39,294 nt of DNA from contig NYYK01000002.1 of assembly GCA_002685895.1 (NCBI GenBank), forward strand, positions 1 through 39,294, written 5' to 3'. Position 1 is the stretch's first letter. Each line of letters starts with the position of its first letter. A program made the position numbers and the translations under genes. The stretch comes from Methanobacteriota archaeon. GTDB lineage: Archaea; Thermoplasmatota; Poseidoniia; Poseidoniales; Thalassarchaeaceae. This document shows, piece after piece, positions 18,285 to 29,279 of the stretch. Below the pieces are notes generated by a model. It saw only the letters and a list, made by a program, of their open reading frames with translations, was not told the DNA's origin and did no database searches.

Positions 18285-18915
18285 ATGCCCAAAACAAATA
18301 CAAAAACTTCAGCTACTCATCCATCTGTGGGAGACGTACTCCACCACGTTTCTGTGCCGTTTCTTATATTCACAGCAGTTCTTTTGGGATTCTTGTCATT
18401 ATCAGCAACTTTGATTCTCCCTCAATTGACGCAGGTTGATATTGCTGGAAAAGAACACGATGCAGTAGAACTAAAGGAGCTTGTTAAGAAATTGGATACG
18501 AGAGTGCAGGAATTGGAGAGAGCAAGAGGAGAATTTGTAACCCCGCTTCGCGAGGGGCTTTTTGGAGATGCTATGGACCAGAAATACAACTCGAGAGATT
18601 TACTTTTGTTTAAATCTCAATTGGAGGAAATAACGCAACAAATTGAAACTGCCAGCCTACGCCAAGGCTACGGCCGGCGAGAAAACAAAGATACAATAAG
18701 TATTAGTTCGATGACGTTTGATCAGGAAGAGTTAAGTTTAAAAGTGGAAGGCAAGGTCCAGAATGTTGGCCCGAGAAGCATGACTGTTCTCGCACAATTT
18801 ATAAATGCTGCACAAGAATCTAAGTGGGTCTCTGATATAAGCCCTCCGAAATTCACTCGCGAACATGACGACGAGAATGGTTTTTATTCTCCATTTATTT
18901 TCACACTTCTATTAA

Positions 18916-18923
<8 letters not shown>
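18285..18923 (+). CDS. membrane-anchored hypothetical protein, possibly PilN-like
   Basis: N-terminal TM, coiled coil, then a beta/alpha domain (LKVEG...LAQFI...F.F.L); family call tentative. Confidence 0.6.
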
Positions 18924-19799
<876 letters not shown>

Positions 19800-19859
19800 G
19801 TTTTTTGTATTGTTTCCCTTGTATAAGTATAAATACCCCTTTAACATCCTTCTGATCTA

Positions 19860-20420
19860 ATGCAAAAGCGACGAAGATACATTACAGCTTATAAACGGGA
19901 AAAACGTCCACGTATAAATGAACAGATTCGAGCGCCTCGAGTACTTCTTGTGGATGGAGAGGATGCAGAGGAGATGACACCGGAAGAGGCAATAGTTCGT
20001 GCGAAAGAACAAGAGCTAGATCTTATAGAAGTGTCGCCCAAAGCAAAGCCTCCTGTTGTAAAGATAGGAGATTTTGGCCAGTATCTTTATCAGATAAAGA
20101 AGAAGGAGCGCAAACAGCGCTCTCATAGCAAGCCCACGGAGGTTAAGACTCTACGAATGAGCTTTAGGACAGATACTCATGATATAGACAGGTTAAAAGA
20201 ACGTGCACAGGAGTTTATGGGAGAGAGACATTTGGTCAAATTTGTCATTCAACTAAGAGGTCGCGAACTTACCAACAAAGCATATGCCAAAGAAAAACTG
20301 CTTGGAGTTGTAAAGGATCTGGCAAATGTTTCCGAAGTCGAACAGGAGATCAAGCCTCAGGGGAATCAGTTTATAGTCATTTTAAGGCCGAAACGTGGTG
20401 GTAAAAAAATCGAGGATTGA
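19860..20420 (+). CDS. infC: translation initiation factor IF-3
   Basis: RINEQIRA..V.L, LDLIEVSP.AKPPVVKI.D.G, RGRE. Confidence 0.96.
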   Translation: MQKRRRYITAYKREKRPRINEQIRAPRVLLVDGEDAEEMTPEEAIVRAKEQELDLIEVSPKAKPPVVKIGDFGQYLYQIKKKERKQRSHSKPTEVKTLRMSFRTDTHDIDRLKERAQEFMGERHLVKFVIQLRGRELTNKAYAKEKLLGVVKDLANVSEVEQEIKPQGNQFIVILRPKRGGKKIED

Positions 20421-20600
20421 AGGGGTGTCAAATTGCTAAATTGTTCGACAGAGCGTTACGCACGCTGGTTTCTGCAATTTATAGTATCTTAAGTTATTTA
20501 TTCACTCTGTGAGCAATTTGGCAATTTAACAATTTAACTTATTTACCACTTTCTTAAGTTTTTTCTTTTCTTAGACTGAATCTTCAATATAATCTCCCCA

Positions 20601-20795
20601 ATGCCTAAGCAAAAATCACATTCAGGCGCTAAAAAACGTGTCCGCAGGACAGGATCCGGCAAGATTGCTATTAAGCGAGCTGGCCGCGGTCACTTGCTTC
20701 TGCAAAAGGGCAAGAAGCAGAAGAAATTAAGCAGGACTCTACTTCCAAAGAAGTCTGAGCATAAGAAGCTTAAATCGTTACTCCCGTATCTATAG
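20601..20795 (+). CDS. rpmI: 50S ribosomal protein L35
   Basis: MPKQKSHSGAKKR.R.TGSGK...H; follows infC. Confidence 0.96.
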   Translation: MPKQKSHSGAKKRVRRTGSGKIAIKRAGRGHLLLQKGKKQKKLSRTLLPKKSEHKKLKSLLPYL

Positions 20796-21137
20796 ATGAG
20801 AGTTACACGTGGTTCAGTTCGGCACAATAGACACAAGAAAATCCGCAAACTCGCGAAGGGATATCGCGGTATGCGCAGGACTACATTTAAAAAGGCAAAT
20901 GAGGCTGTGATGAAAGCCGGAGAGCATGCTTACATTGATCGCAAAAAGAAGAAGAGAGTATTCAGACAGCTATGGATTGCCCGCCTAAATGCTGCAGTAA
21001 GAGAACAAGGAGTTTCTTATTCAAGATTTATTAAAGCTCTAAAAGATAAAAAAATTGAATTAAATAGGAAAACATTGTCGGAGCTTGCCATCAATGAACC
21101 TAAGGTATTCGAGAAAGTTGTTGAGGCAACAAAGTGA
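20796..21137 (+). CDS. rplT: 50S ribosomal protein L20
   Basis: AKGYRG, AY.DR..KKR.FR.LWI.R.NAA, LNRK.LSELA. Confidence 0.98.
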   Translation: MRVTRGSVRHNRHKKIRKLAKGYRGMRRTTFKKANEAVMKAGEHAYIDRKKKKRVFRQLWIARLNAAVREQGVSYSRFIKALKDKKIELNRKTLSELAINEPKVFEKVVEATK

Positions 21138-21225
21138 ATAGTGAAAAGTGAATAGTGAATAGTGCTTTATAAAATATGATTCTCTTTAGTAACTATTCAC
21201 TTTTAACTATTAACTATTCACTATT
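21131..21225. repeat. inverted 7-bp arrays between convergent genes, containing both stop codons
   Basis: aaagtga atagtga aaagtga atagtga / aactatt cactttt aactatt aactatt cactatt. Confidence 0.9.
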
Positions 21226-21625
21226 TATTCATTCCTTTCAACAACTTATCTCCCTCTCCATAAAGTTGAGTTGCCATTTGATCGATTACAGCTCCAAACA
21301 CAGCGGCTATTATCATTGTTTTCCAAAATAAAGGTTGGTCGGACCATGTGTAGATCGTGTAATCCAAATGAACAAAAGCAGCGATCAGAGCTCCGCGGAA
21401 AATTGGATGCATACGGAACTTAAAAACAGGATGCCATGTGAATACTCCAACGAAGGTCAGCATCGTGCCGATCACAAGTCCGTTTATTATCATCCCTGCT
21501 TGTACCATTGGTACTTTTTCTATTAGTTCGGCAGGCAGAGTAAATGCAACAGCGATTGATGCAAGAAGAGAAGCGCCAATGCAGAAGAATTTGCGTTTAG
21601 CGAGTGGTAAGGAGAGTGGATTCAT
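21221..21625 (-). CDS. hypothetical integral membrane protein (~4 TM)
   Basis: hydrophobic ORF co-oriented downstream of ATPase subunit D. Confidence 0.7.
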   Translation of the reverse strand: MNPLSLPLAKRKFFCIGASLLASIAVAFTLPAELIEKVPMVQAGMIINGLVIGTMLTFVGVFTWHPVFKFRMHPIFRGALIAAFVHLDYTIYTWSDQPLFWKTMIIAAVFGAVIDQMATQLYGEGDKLLKGMNK

Positions 21626-21652
21626 AGTGAGAGTAGCTTATCAGTCAACTAC

Positions 21653-22273
21653 TTACTTTTCCATCTCCGCTTTAATCTTCATTGTACTTATAATTCCGGC
21701 TCGTTCAGATTCATCCAGCTTCATTGTTATATATTTAATTGTTTCGGTCATATCCGGAATCATCTTGTACTCGAGCGCGTTTACTCTTCTCCTTGTCGTC
21801 TCCAATTCAATTGCCATGCTCTCAGCTTGTTTCTCAATCTGTGCTAATTGAATCAGAATTTCGAACAGTTCATCAAACTTCTCAACTGCCTGATCCAGAA
21901 GTGCGTTAGTCCCAACAAATCCATAGTTCTTTATATTTCCTTCCTTCTTAATTTCGAAGAAGGGGATTCGCACACTCATTACGTTCTTTGTCTGCACGCT
22001 CAAACTAATCTTTGCTTCTGGACTTGAAAGAGCATTCTTTAATTGAGCATCACTCAGCCACATAGAAGCGAATAGGAATGCGCGGAAAGCATCACCTAAT
22101 TGTTCTTCAACACGTTCCCGCAGAGTCTTGGCTTCTCTGATAATACTCATAAACTGCTGCATAAGGCCGTCCTGCTTGTCCTTAAGTAGCTTATGACCGC
22201 GTTTTGCAGACTTTGCTCTGCGCTTAAGGTCCATGAGTGCCATTCGTGTGGGGTTAACTCTTAGTAAGGCCAT
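21653..22273 (-). CDS. ntpD: V/A-type ATPase subunit D
   Basis: NPTRM.L...A.RGHKLLKDK.D, TRRRVNALE. Confidence 0.96.
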   Translation of the reverse strand: MALLRVNPTRMALMDLKRRAKSAKRGHKLLKDKQDGLMQQFMSIIREAKTLRERVEEQLGDAFRAFLFASMWLSDAQLKNALSSPEAKISLSVQTKNVMSVRIPFFEIKKEGNIKNYGFVGTNALLDQAVEKFDELFEILIQLAQIEKQAESMAIELETTRRRVNALEYKMIPDMTETIKYITMKLDESERAGIISTMKIKAEMEK

Positions 22274-23019
22274 TATTTCTTGGGATTAGGAAGCTTCTTA
22301 ATTTCTCCGTAAAGAATAATTGTTGCGAGTGCAAAGAGAAGAATTGCGTAAGATAAAACAGTATTAGCAATTATATTTGCTGCAAATAACAGTCTGGTAT
22401 CTAAGCCTCGAGCTAGTTCATCTACTGATGCGGCTACAATGATTGCAGGGAAGAAAATTACAATTACCAAACCAAGCAAATGCCAAAAAGTAGTCCAAGT
22501 ATGGCCTTTTACTACCTCTTTGCTTCTTCTTAAGGCCTTTCTATATCCGAGCCCCTCACAAACAATTGTGACGTTATAAAATGCGGTTCTAATTGCGTAA
22601 ATAACTCCCGGAATGATCAGAAGTATGCCCCAGAAGATCGTGAAACAATCTCGAAGAATACCTGTTAAGAACATGTTAACGATATACTTGGAGCCTTCTT
22701 TTCTTACTACTGTAAAAGAACTTCTATTTCTTCCTGCTTTTGAAGTCAAAAGCCTCTTGCCTACAACTGTTATGCTGGCAATTCCCCAAATAATTATTAT
22801 CGTAAGTAAAAATTCAGCAGCTCCGATCAAGAGTAACGGACGTAAGTCAGTTTCTCTCCATGCAAACTCGCCCAACGTTTCGTTAATACCGATAGATCCC
22901 TCAACGATGTACATTCCCGTGAATGGAAGTATCAACATCCAAAGCAATATGGAGTTTAGAACCGGCTGCTTCTTGTAGAAGTCCCAGGCGGAGCCGATTA
23001 TTGAGAAAACTGAAGGCAC
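22273..23019 (-). CDS. hypothetical polytopic membrane protein inside the ATPase operon
   Basis: LLIIPGVI...ALRRS..VKG pattern; overlaps B and D by one base each. Confidence 0.75.
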   Translation of the reverse strand: MPSVFSIIGSAWDFYKKQPVLNSILLWMLILPFTGMYIVEGSIGINETLGEFAWRETDLRPLLLIGAAEFLLTIIIIWGIASITVVGKRLLTSKAGRNRSSFTVVRKEGSKYIVNMFLTGILRDCFTIFWGILLIIPGVIYAIRTAFYNVTIVCEGLGYRKALRRSKEVVKGHTWTTFWHLLGLVIVIFFPAIIVAASVDELARGLDTRLLFAANIIANTVLSYAILLFALATIILYGEIKKLPNPKK

Positions 23020-24443
23020 TATTTCTTAGGTAAATATTTATCGATGTATTCATCCTTAACACGCTTGAGTTCTTCGCGAGGAATCTCGGTCAAAAGATCC
23101 CAGCCAATGCTAAGTGATTCATAGATTGAACGGTTTTCGGTTGGTCCTTGTCGGATGAATTCGTTTTCAAATCTCTCTGCAAACTTCAAGAATGCTTTAT
23201 CAGTCTCGGATAGCGAAGATTCACCCAAGATAACTGCAAGCTCGCGAACTTCAACTCCTCGTGCGTATGCGGCGGTAAGCTGAGCATCCATTCCGGAGTG
23301 GTCGGCACGGGTCTTTCCTTCACCTTGAGCTTTTGGTTTAAGTCTCGACAGAGATCCCATCGGAATAATCGGGGGATAGATTCCTTTTTGATGAAGTCCT
23401 CGGTCGATGTAGATCTGCCCTTCCGTAATGTATGCGGTAAGGTCCGGAATCGGATGTGTAATATCATCTTCCGGCATACTGAGGATAGGAATCTGAGTAA
23501 TGGATCCGTTCTTCCCTCTTACACGACCTGCGCGTTCGTATAAAGTCGCAAGGTCCGTGTACAGATAACCCGGATAACCTCTTCGTCCTGGAACCTCCTT
23601 TCTAGCTGCGGAAACTTCACGCAGAGCTTCGCAATAGTTGGTCATATCTGTAAGAAGAACGGTCACATGGTAGTCTTTTTCGTATGCCAAATATTCCGCT
23701 ACAGTAAGCGCTAAACGCGGGGTGGCAATTCTCTCAACTACCGGATTATCAGCAGTGTTTACAAAGAGGACTGCTCTAGAAAGTGCTCCGGTCTTCTCCA
23801 GCTCATTTTGGAAGAACTGTGCCTCCTCGAACGTCACTCCCATAGCTGCAAAGATAACGGCAAACTTCTCATCAGATTCTCCGCGTTGTTCATCCGATAT
23901 TCCTTTACCCTTCTCAACTTCTTCCGGACTTAGAACTCTCATCTGTCTTGCAAGCTGCGCTGCGATTTGGTTGTGAGGAAGTCCTGCACCCGAGAAGAGG
24001 GGAAGCTTTTGCCCTCGCACAAGAGTATTTAGAACGTCAATTGTAGAAATACCTGTCTGGATAAAGTCATCCGGATACTCGCGAGAGTAAGGATTAATCG
24101 GCGCACCGTTAATATCCAACTTCTTTTCCGGAACAATTTCGGGGCCGCCATCGATAGGCTTTCCGGAACCCGAAAATACACGTCCGAGAATATCTTCCGA
24201 TACTCCGATCTCGAATGTACGTCCTAGGAAGCGGACTTTGGTACCCTCAGTCGTGGCACCCTTGGCGTCCTCAAACATTTGGACGACTGCAAGATCCGAT
24301 CTGGCATCGAGAACTTTACCAAGGCGCTTGCTTCCGTCAACGAGCTCGATTTCACAAAGCTCATCGTAGGTTACACCTTCGATACCTTCGACCATCATCA
24401 GAGGACCGGCGATATCCGTTACGGTTTTGTAGGCTGTGGACAT
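23019..24443 (-). CDS. ntpB: V/A-type ATPase subunit B
   Basis: [43 protein letters not shown]. Confidence 0.97.
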   Translation of the reverse strand: MSTAYKTVTDIAGPLMMVEGIEGVTYDELCEIELVDGSKRLGKVLDARSDLAVVQMFEDAKGATTEGTKVRFLGRTFEIGVSEDILGRVFSGSGKPIDGGPEIVPEKKLDINGAPINPYSREYPDDFIQTGISTIDVLNTLVRGQKLPLFSGAGLPHNQIAAQLARQMRVLSPEEVEKGKGISDEQRGESDEKFAVIFAAMGVTFEEAQFFQNELEKTGALSRAVLFVNTADNPVVERIATPRLALTVAEYLAYEKDYHVTVLLTDMTNYCEALREVSAARKEVPGRRGYPGYLYTDLATLYERAGRVRGKNGSITQIPILSMPEDDITHPIPDLTAYITEGQIYIDRGLHQKGIYPPIIPMGSLSRLKPKAQGEGKTRADHSGMDAQLTAAYARGVEVRELAVILGESSLSETDKAFLKFAERFENEFIRQGPTENRSIYESLSIGWDLLTEIPREELKRVKDEYIDKYLPKK

Positions 24444-24543
24444 ATGATTAGTGGGTAGTTGGTAGGTTGTAGTAGTGTTGGGGGTCGCTTGTCACTAGTC
24501 ACTGGTCAATTGTCAAAAGCGAGCGAAGCGAGCGTGTCAATTG

Positions 24544-26355
24544 TTAAGCGGTAGCAACAGGTTCTTCAGACACGGTCTTTGTCTCTGCGCCGGACTCCTT
24601 GAGTCCAGCCATCTGGCTTCTGATCTTGTCTTCGATCTTATCAAACTCGGCCTCCATTCCTTCTTCGGGGATAAAGCTGCACTTTGTGATGTCTTCTTTG
24701 ACTATGAGCTTCTGAACTCGCAGAAAATCAAAATCTTCCTGATCGATTACAGGTAAAGCTGTATCCATGAATAGCAAGATTGCTCGCATCATTCTGTATT
24801 GCTTCTTGATTGATGTGTAAGCGTCTACTGGATCAAGAGCATTTTGGAATAGGAAGTCCTCTCGAATCATTTTCGCAACATCAAGCGTCAGTTGCTCTTT
24901 GGGTGACAGTGCTTCCGTACCAACAAGCCTTACAATTTCCTCAAGCTTGCTTTCTTGCTGAAGAATTTCTGATGTGCGAGTTCTATTCTTTGAAAAGTCT
25001 TCCGCAACTTCCTTTGAGTAGAAGTTTTCTAATGCTTCTGTGTAAAGCGAGTAGCTTTGAAGCCAGTTGATGGAAGGGAAGTGCCTCTTGTAAGTCAGTT
25101 TCGCATCCAATGCCCAGAAGACTTTGGTAACTCGGAGAGTATTTTGCGTAACAGGCTCAGAGAAGTCCCCACCTGGAGGCGAAACGGCTCCAATTGCAGT
25201 CAGCGAACCACGTCTTTCGTCAGTTCCAAGGCATTCACATGCTCCAGTTCTTTCATAGAATCCTGCAGTTCGCGATCCAAGGTAAGCCGGGTATCCTTCT
25301 TCACCAGGCATTTCCTGAAGTCGTCCGGACATCTCGCGCATTGCCTCTGCCCAGCGTGAAGTCGAGTCAGCCATAAGAGCAACGTCATATCCCATATCTC
25401 TGTAATACTCAGCAATCGTAATTCCTGTGTAAACAGATGCTTCACGAGCGGCTACAGGCATGTTCGAAGTATTCGCAATCAGAACAGTTCGTTTCATCAG
25501 AGGCTCACCTGTGTTTGGATCTTCTAGTTCCGGGAACTCTTTAAGTACATCCGTCATCTCGTTGCCTCGCTCTCCGCATCCGATGTAAACGATAACCTGA
25601 GCGTCGGCAAACTTTGCCAAGCTTTGCTGTGTAACAGTCTTACCTGCTCCGAAAGGCCCCGGGATTGCGCCTGCTCCTCCTCTTGCAATTGGGAACAGGG
25701 TATCCAGAACGCGCATTCCGGTTGCCAAAGGTTCTGTGGGCAAAAGTTTCTTACCTGTTGGGCGTGGTACGCGGATAGGCCACTTCTGAAGCATCATAAT
25801 GTCTTCATCTTTGCCATCAACTTTGATTGTTGCAATCGTATCTTCGATTGTGAAACTTCCGGACTTAATATCCTTCAAAGTTCCACCTTTCCCCGGAGGA
25901 ACCATTACTTTGTGTTCAATCAAAGTTGTTTCCTGAACAGTTCCCAAGATATCTCCCTCAGCCACCTCATCTCCGCTACTTGCAATTGCTTCGAAATCCC
26001 ACTTTCTATCACGGTCCAACCCCGGCGCTTCGATTCCGCGAGTGATGTATTGGCTTTTCGCTTTCTCCTCGATCAATTTAAGAGGGCGCTGGATTCCATC
26101 GTAGAATTGCTCCAGAAGACCGGGTGCAAGTTCTACAGAAAGTGTTGCGCCAGTCAGTTCAACAGGCTCACCCGGACCTACGCCGGCTGTTTCTTCGTAA
26201 ACCTGAATAGAACCTTCGTCTCCGTGAAGCTCGATTACTTCTCCTACGAGTTTCTCTTTGGAGACGCGTACAACCTCGTTCATCTTGGCATGTTTCATAC
26301 CTTTTGCGACTACGAGGGGACCGACGACCTTCACAATTGTTGGTTGGTTTGTCAT
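24544..26355 (-). CDS. ntpA: V/A-type ATPase catalytic subunit A
   Basis: GPFGAGKTV P-loop, GCGERGNEM, ANTSNMPVAAREAS, EGYPAYL. Confidence 0.98.
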   Translation of the reverse strand: MTNQPTIVKVVGPLVVAKGMKHAKMNEVVRVSKEKLVGEVIELHGDEGSIQVYEETAGVGPGEPVELTGATLSVELAPGLLEQFYDGIQRPLKLIEEKAKSQYITRGIEAPGLDRDRKWDFEAIASSGDEVAEGDILGTVQETTLIEHKVMVPPGKGGTLKDIKSGSFTIEDTIATIKVDGKDEDIMMLQKWPIRVPRPTGKKLLPTEPLATGMRVLDTLFPIARGGAGAIPGPFGAGKTVTQQSLAKFADAQVIVYIGCGERGNEMTDVLKEFPELEDPNTGEPLMKRTVLIANTSNMPVAAREASVYTGITIAEYYRDMGYDVALMADSTSRWAEAMREMSGRLQEMPGEEGYPAYLGSRTAGFYERTGACECLGTDERRGSLTAIGAVSPPGGDFSEPVTQNTLRVTKVFWALDAKLTYKRHFPSINWLQSYSLYTEALENFYSKEVAEDFSKNRTRTSEILQQESKLEEIVRLVGTEALSPKEQLTLDVAKMIREDFLFQNALDPVDAYTSIKKQYRMMRAILLFMDTALPVIDQEDFDFLRVQKLIVKEDITKCSFIPEEGMEAEFDKIEDKIRSQMAGLKESGAETKTVSEEPVATA

Positions 26356-26393
26356 GATGGGAAAGTTAAAAGTTAAAAGTTAATAGTGAAATG

Positions 26394-26645
26394 TTATGAA
26401 TCAGCCGTTGGAGTTAACGCATCTCGAATTTTAAAACAACTTGGCAAATGATAATCTTGCCGTACAACTGCTGCTGCTGCTTCACCGGTTCTATCGGTTG
26501 AACCAAGAAGTGTTTGAGCAACCAGTGCCTGATCAACTGCTTGCTGTTCGTGGAAATTACGTGGTTCAAATCTTTTTACATTTGTACCGGGTTCTATGGC
26601 TAATTGTTGAGCCCGGATAATGGATCTATCTGTTTCGAATAACAT
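26394..26645 (-). CDS. small orphan ORF (83 aa) between subunits F and A
   Basis: co-oriented ATG ORF filling the gap, flanked by AAAAGTT-type arrays. Confidence 0.55.
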   Translation of the reverse strand: MLFETDRSIIRAQQLAIEPGTNVKRFEPRNFHEQQAVDQALVAQTLLGSTDRTGEAAAAVVRQDYHLPSCFKIRDALTPTADS

Positions 26646-26670
26646 GGTTAAAGAGTTAAAAATTAAAAAG

Positions 26671-27021
26671 TTACTTAAGAATATCCGACCCCACAGCTCG
26701 TTCGACTATTCTCTTAAGTCTCTGAAGACCGTAACCGGTCGAACCTTTGTGAGAGGGGAGTGGAATAATTGCTGGCAAGGCGCCGCGGGCGAGTTTCTTT
26801 TCATCGTCGGGAGTAATCCCGCCCGCGAGGTCTTCTGTTATAAATACGATTGCGTAAACGTTTCTCTCAACTCCGTGTTCATCCGGTGCTGTCTCTTTCT
26901 TTAATCTGTGCAGTTCAGCCACAGCCTCATCAGAATCATTTACCGGCGTTACATCTACTCCAAGGAGCGCGAATCCTGCGACTGCTTCCCAAGTGCCGAC
27001 AATGGCTATCTTATGATTCAT
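26671..27021 (-). CDS. ntpF: V/A-type ATPase subunit F
   Basis: KIAIVG....GF.LLG, P.I..LP, VERAVGSDI. Confidence 0.93.
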   Translation of the reverse strand: MNHKIAIVGTWEAVAGFALLGVDVTPVNDSDEAVAELHRLKKETAPDEHGVERNVYAIVFITEDLAGGITPDDEKKLARGALPAIIPLPSHKGSTGYGLQRLKRIVERAVGSDILK

Positions 27022-27989
27022 GATGTGAAGTTCGATGCAGTTAAGAAAGGAGGAAGCATCCTCTTGGTTTCCTGAGGACTAAGCTCAGAGCGCTTAGCAA
27101 TAAGAATAGTTCTGACTATTTTAAGTTGGTTCATTGTTATTGCCGCGAATGCAAACAGTGGATCAATACTCAGAGGCACATTCCACATCTTGGAAAGATC
27201 AGAAGAAATGATATGTGCAGCGGCTTGCTCAAACTCAACCGGATCGCTAAGTAACGACTCAAGGTCATTGGGCAAGAACATAGAAATATTTGATCTCTTA
27301 AGAGCTGAAATGATTATGTCTCGATCACCTGCAAGCTCCTTCCTTGGTATTGTTCCCCCTTCCAAGAGGTAAGGAAGGACTTCTTCGGGGTTATCATTGG
27401 AAAGCCTAAGAGCAGTTCGAATGTTCTTTAGATCTATATTGTGGGAAACGTAAGTTGCAATAAGATCAGACTCGCTTTCACGTGCCAACTTAACCTGAAG
27501 TCCGGCGATGTAAGCAGAAACTGCAGAATCAATTTCGCGCACAGTTATTCCTTCTCGTTTTTTCATATCAATAATAAATTCGATTTTCTCATAATCCTCC
27601 GGTTTGTAAGAACACATACCGCTTATCGGTTCTTCACTTACTTCCGAAAGCAATCCGTGATGTTTCTTTATTACATGCGACATCAAAGCGCAGTCATTTT
27701 CTAACCACAGGATATGGAATACAGAACGCTTCTCTTCCGGCGACATCTGCTCAACTTGGTTTCGCATCCACATGCCTACAGCTTCCAAAATTGCAGATCC
27801 TTCCGAGATTCCCTGATCAATCACATTCGTCATCTTAACCTCAGTCAAAATCTTCTCCACTTCACGCGCATCCTTGGCCCCAAGCATTCGATCAAGATCG
27901 GTCTGCTCAAGCAATAACAGTTTGAGCACCCCCATTCTTCCGTGGGAGTAGGCGAATTTTGGCGCGAAGGTTGATTGAAGAGTTGGCAT
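27018..27989 (-). CDS. ntpC: V/A-type ATPase subunit C (AC39/d family)
   Basis: Y..GR...L...LL, IDLKNIRTALR, VR.ILI.K; position in the operon. Confidence 0.85.
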   Translation of the reverse strand: MPTLQSTFAPKFAYSHGRMGVLKLLLLEQTDLDRMLGAKDAREVEKILTEVKMTNVIDQGISEGSAILEAVGMWMRNQVEQMSPEEKRSVFHILWLENDCALMSHVIKKHHGLLSEVSEEPISGMCSYKPEDYEKIEFIIDMKKREGITVREIDSAVSAYIAGLQVKLARESESDLIATYVSHNIDLKNIRTALRLSNDNPEEVLPYLLEGGTIPRKELAGDRDIIISALKRSNISMFLPNDLESLLSDPVEFEQAAAHIISSDLSKMWNVPLSIDPLFAFAAITMNQLKIVRTILIAKRSELSPQETKRMLPPFLTASNFTS

Positions 27990-28550
27990 TTAAGCTGCAG
28001 TAAATAGGGAATCAGCAATTTCTAGTTCTGTTGCAGGACGTAACACTTCGGCAACTAGATGCTCCAGCGTGCAATCCTGTTCGCGGTTTTCAGATATAAA
28101 TCGGAATCCTCCTTTGGCTTTTACAGTCGAACCCATTTTGAACTTGTCGGAATCAGCCAATTTCTTCATCAGCACTGTGTGCTTATCGGCAGGCTGGATT
28201 GTTCCTTCAGATGTAATTGACTTAAGGCATGCGAGCATAAGTGGCTCCAACTTGTCGTCGGGCAACTTGGCGAGCTCATCCACAACTTCGTCATAAGTCT
28301 CGTCCAGAAGTTCGCGCTTTTTACTAAGTAATGAGTTTTTCACATGCATATCAGCAGCATTCTCTGACTTAGCTTTCATCTGAGCCTTTTTTACTTCCTT
28401 CTGCCTTGCGATTTCCTGTTTGCGCTCGGAAACAGTTCTTTCTCCATCTTCTCTGATTTTGGTAAGACCTTTCTGATGAACGTTTCTGGCGTCAGTGATT
28501 TTTTGATCTGCCTGCTGGGTAATTGCCGTTAGAATGTCTTGGAGGGCCAT
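27990..28550 (-). CDS. ntpE: V/A-type ATPase subunit E
   Basis: M.L..I...I..A coiled coil, GGF....D.TLE....EIA..LF. Confidence 0.88.
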   Translation of the reverse strand: MALQDILTAITQQADQKITDARNVHQKGLTKIREDGERTVSERKQEIARQKEVKKAQMKAKSENAADMHVKNSLLSKKRELLDETYDEVVDELAKLPDDKLEPLMLACLKSITSEGTIQPADKHTVLMKKLADSDKFKMGSTVKAKGGFRFISENREQDCTLEHLVAEVLRPATELEIADSLFTAA

Positions 28551-28574
28551 GTTAATTATTGGTAGAGGGTAAGT

Positions 28575-28654
28575 GTCACAGGTCGCAGGTCACAGGACTG
28601 GTCACAGGTCACAAGTCGCAAGTCTTGTGACTTGTGACTTGTGACATGCGACTA
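28575..28654. repeat. inverted 7-bp arrays (GTCACAG / GTGACTT)
   Basis: gtcacag gtcgcag gtcacag ... gtcacaa gtcgcaa / gtgactt gtgactt gtgacat gcgacta; last unit contains the subunit K stop. Confidence 0.9.
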
Positions 28655-29230
28655 TCCCAAAATTCCTGCCTTGAAGTTGTTCAACATGAAGAAGGAAATC
28701 AAGAATCCAAGAAGAGCGTATGTCTCGACCAAGGCGGCCATTGTAATAACACGTCCTGTCATCTTGTCATCCTTTGCGAGCATGTGCATACCGGCTGCGC
28801 AGACTTTTGCCTGGTAAGGTCCTGAAGTTACGCATGTGAATGCAACAGGCAAAGCGGCCGCAAGAATTGCAACTCCCTGGCTAACGCTGATTGCAACTTC
28901 GCCCGAGATTACCGGTGCGTAGTTGAAGATAAAGAGAAGAGCGATAACCATTCCGTATAGTCCTTGCGATCCGGGCAGAACCATCAAAGTGATGACTTTA
29001 CCTGCAAGGTCAGGCTTTTCGGTCAAAAGACCTGCACCTGCTTGTCCTGTAACAGAAACTCCGATGATGGAGCCGATACAAGAAACAAAAGTGGCGATTG
29101 CAGCGCCAAAGAAGGCGAATGCAAGGCCCCATTGCACTTCACCGGCGTGGGTTGCAGCTGCCACGGGCTCTTGTGCGAAGACCGCAATAGGAGCTAGTAC
29201 TCCGGCGGCAACGATTAGTGAGCGTTTCAT
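28652..29230 (-). CDS. ntpK: V/A-type ATPase subunit K (4-TM proteolipid, Na+-type)
   Basis: IGS..G, LPGSQGLYG, SG.YQ.KV, VETYALLG. Confidence 0.95.
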   Translation of the reverse strand: MKRSLIVAAGVLAPIAVFAQEPVAAATHAGEVQWGLAFAFFGAAIATFVSCIGSIIGVSVTGQAGAGLLTEKPDLAGKVITLMVLPGSQGLYGMVIALLFIFNYAPVISGEVAISVSQGVAILAAALPVAFTCVTSGPYQAKVCAAGMHMLAKDDKMTGRVITMAALVETYALLGFLISFFMLNNFKAGILG

Positions 29231-29279
29231 ATATAGAAGGGGAAAAAGTTAATAGTTAAAAGTTAAGAGTTAAAAATTA

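Noticed and set aside
24544..26355. Intein in ATPase subunit A
   Set aside because: Normal length (603 aa) and contiguous GCGERGNE motif
25624..26376. Long antisense ORFs (also 7412-7954, 6601-7035, 30460-30888, 32138-32623)
   Set aside because: Shadows of well-supported genes on the opposite strand, with no recognisable motifs
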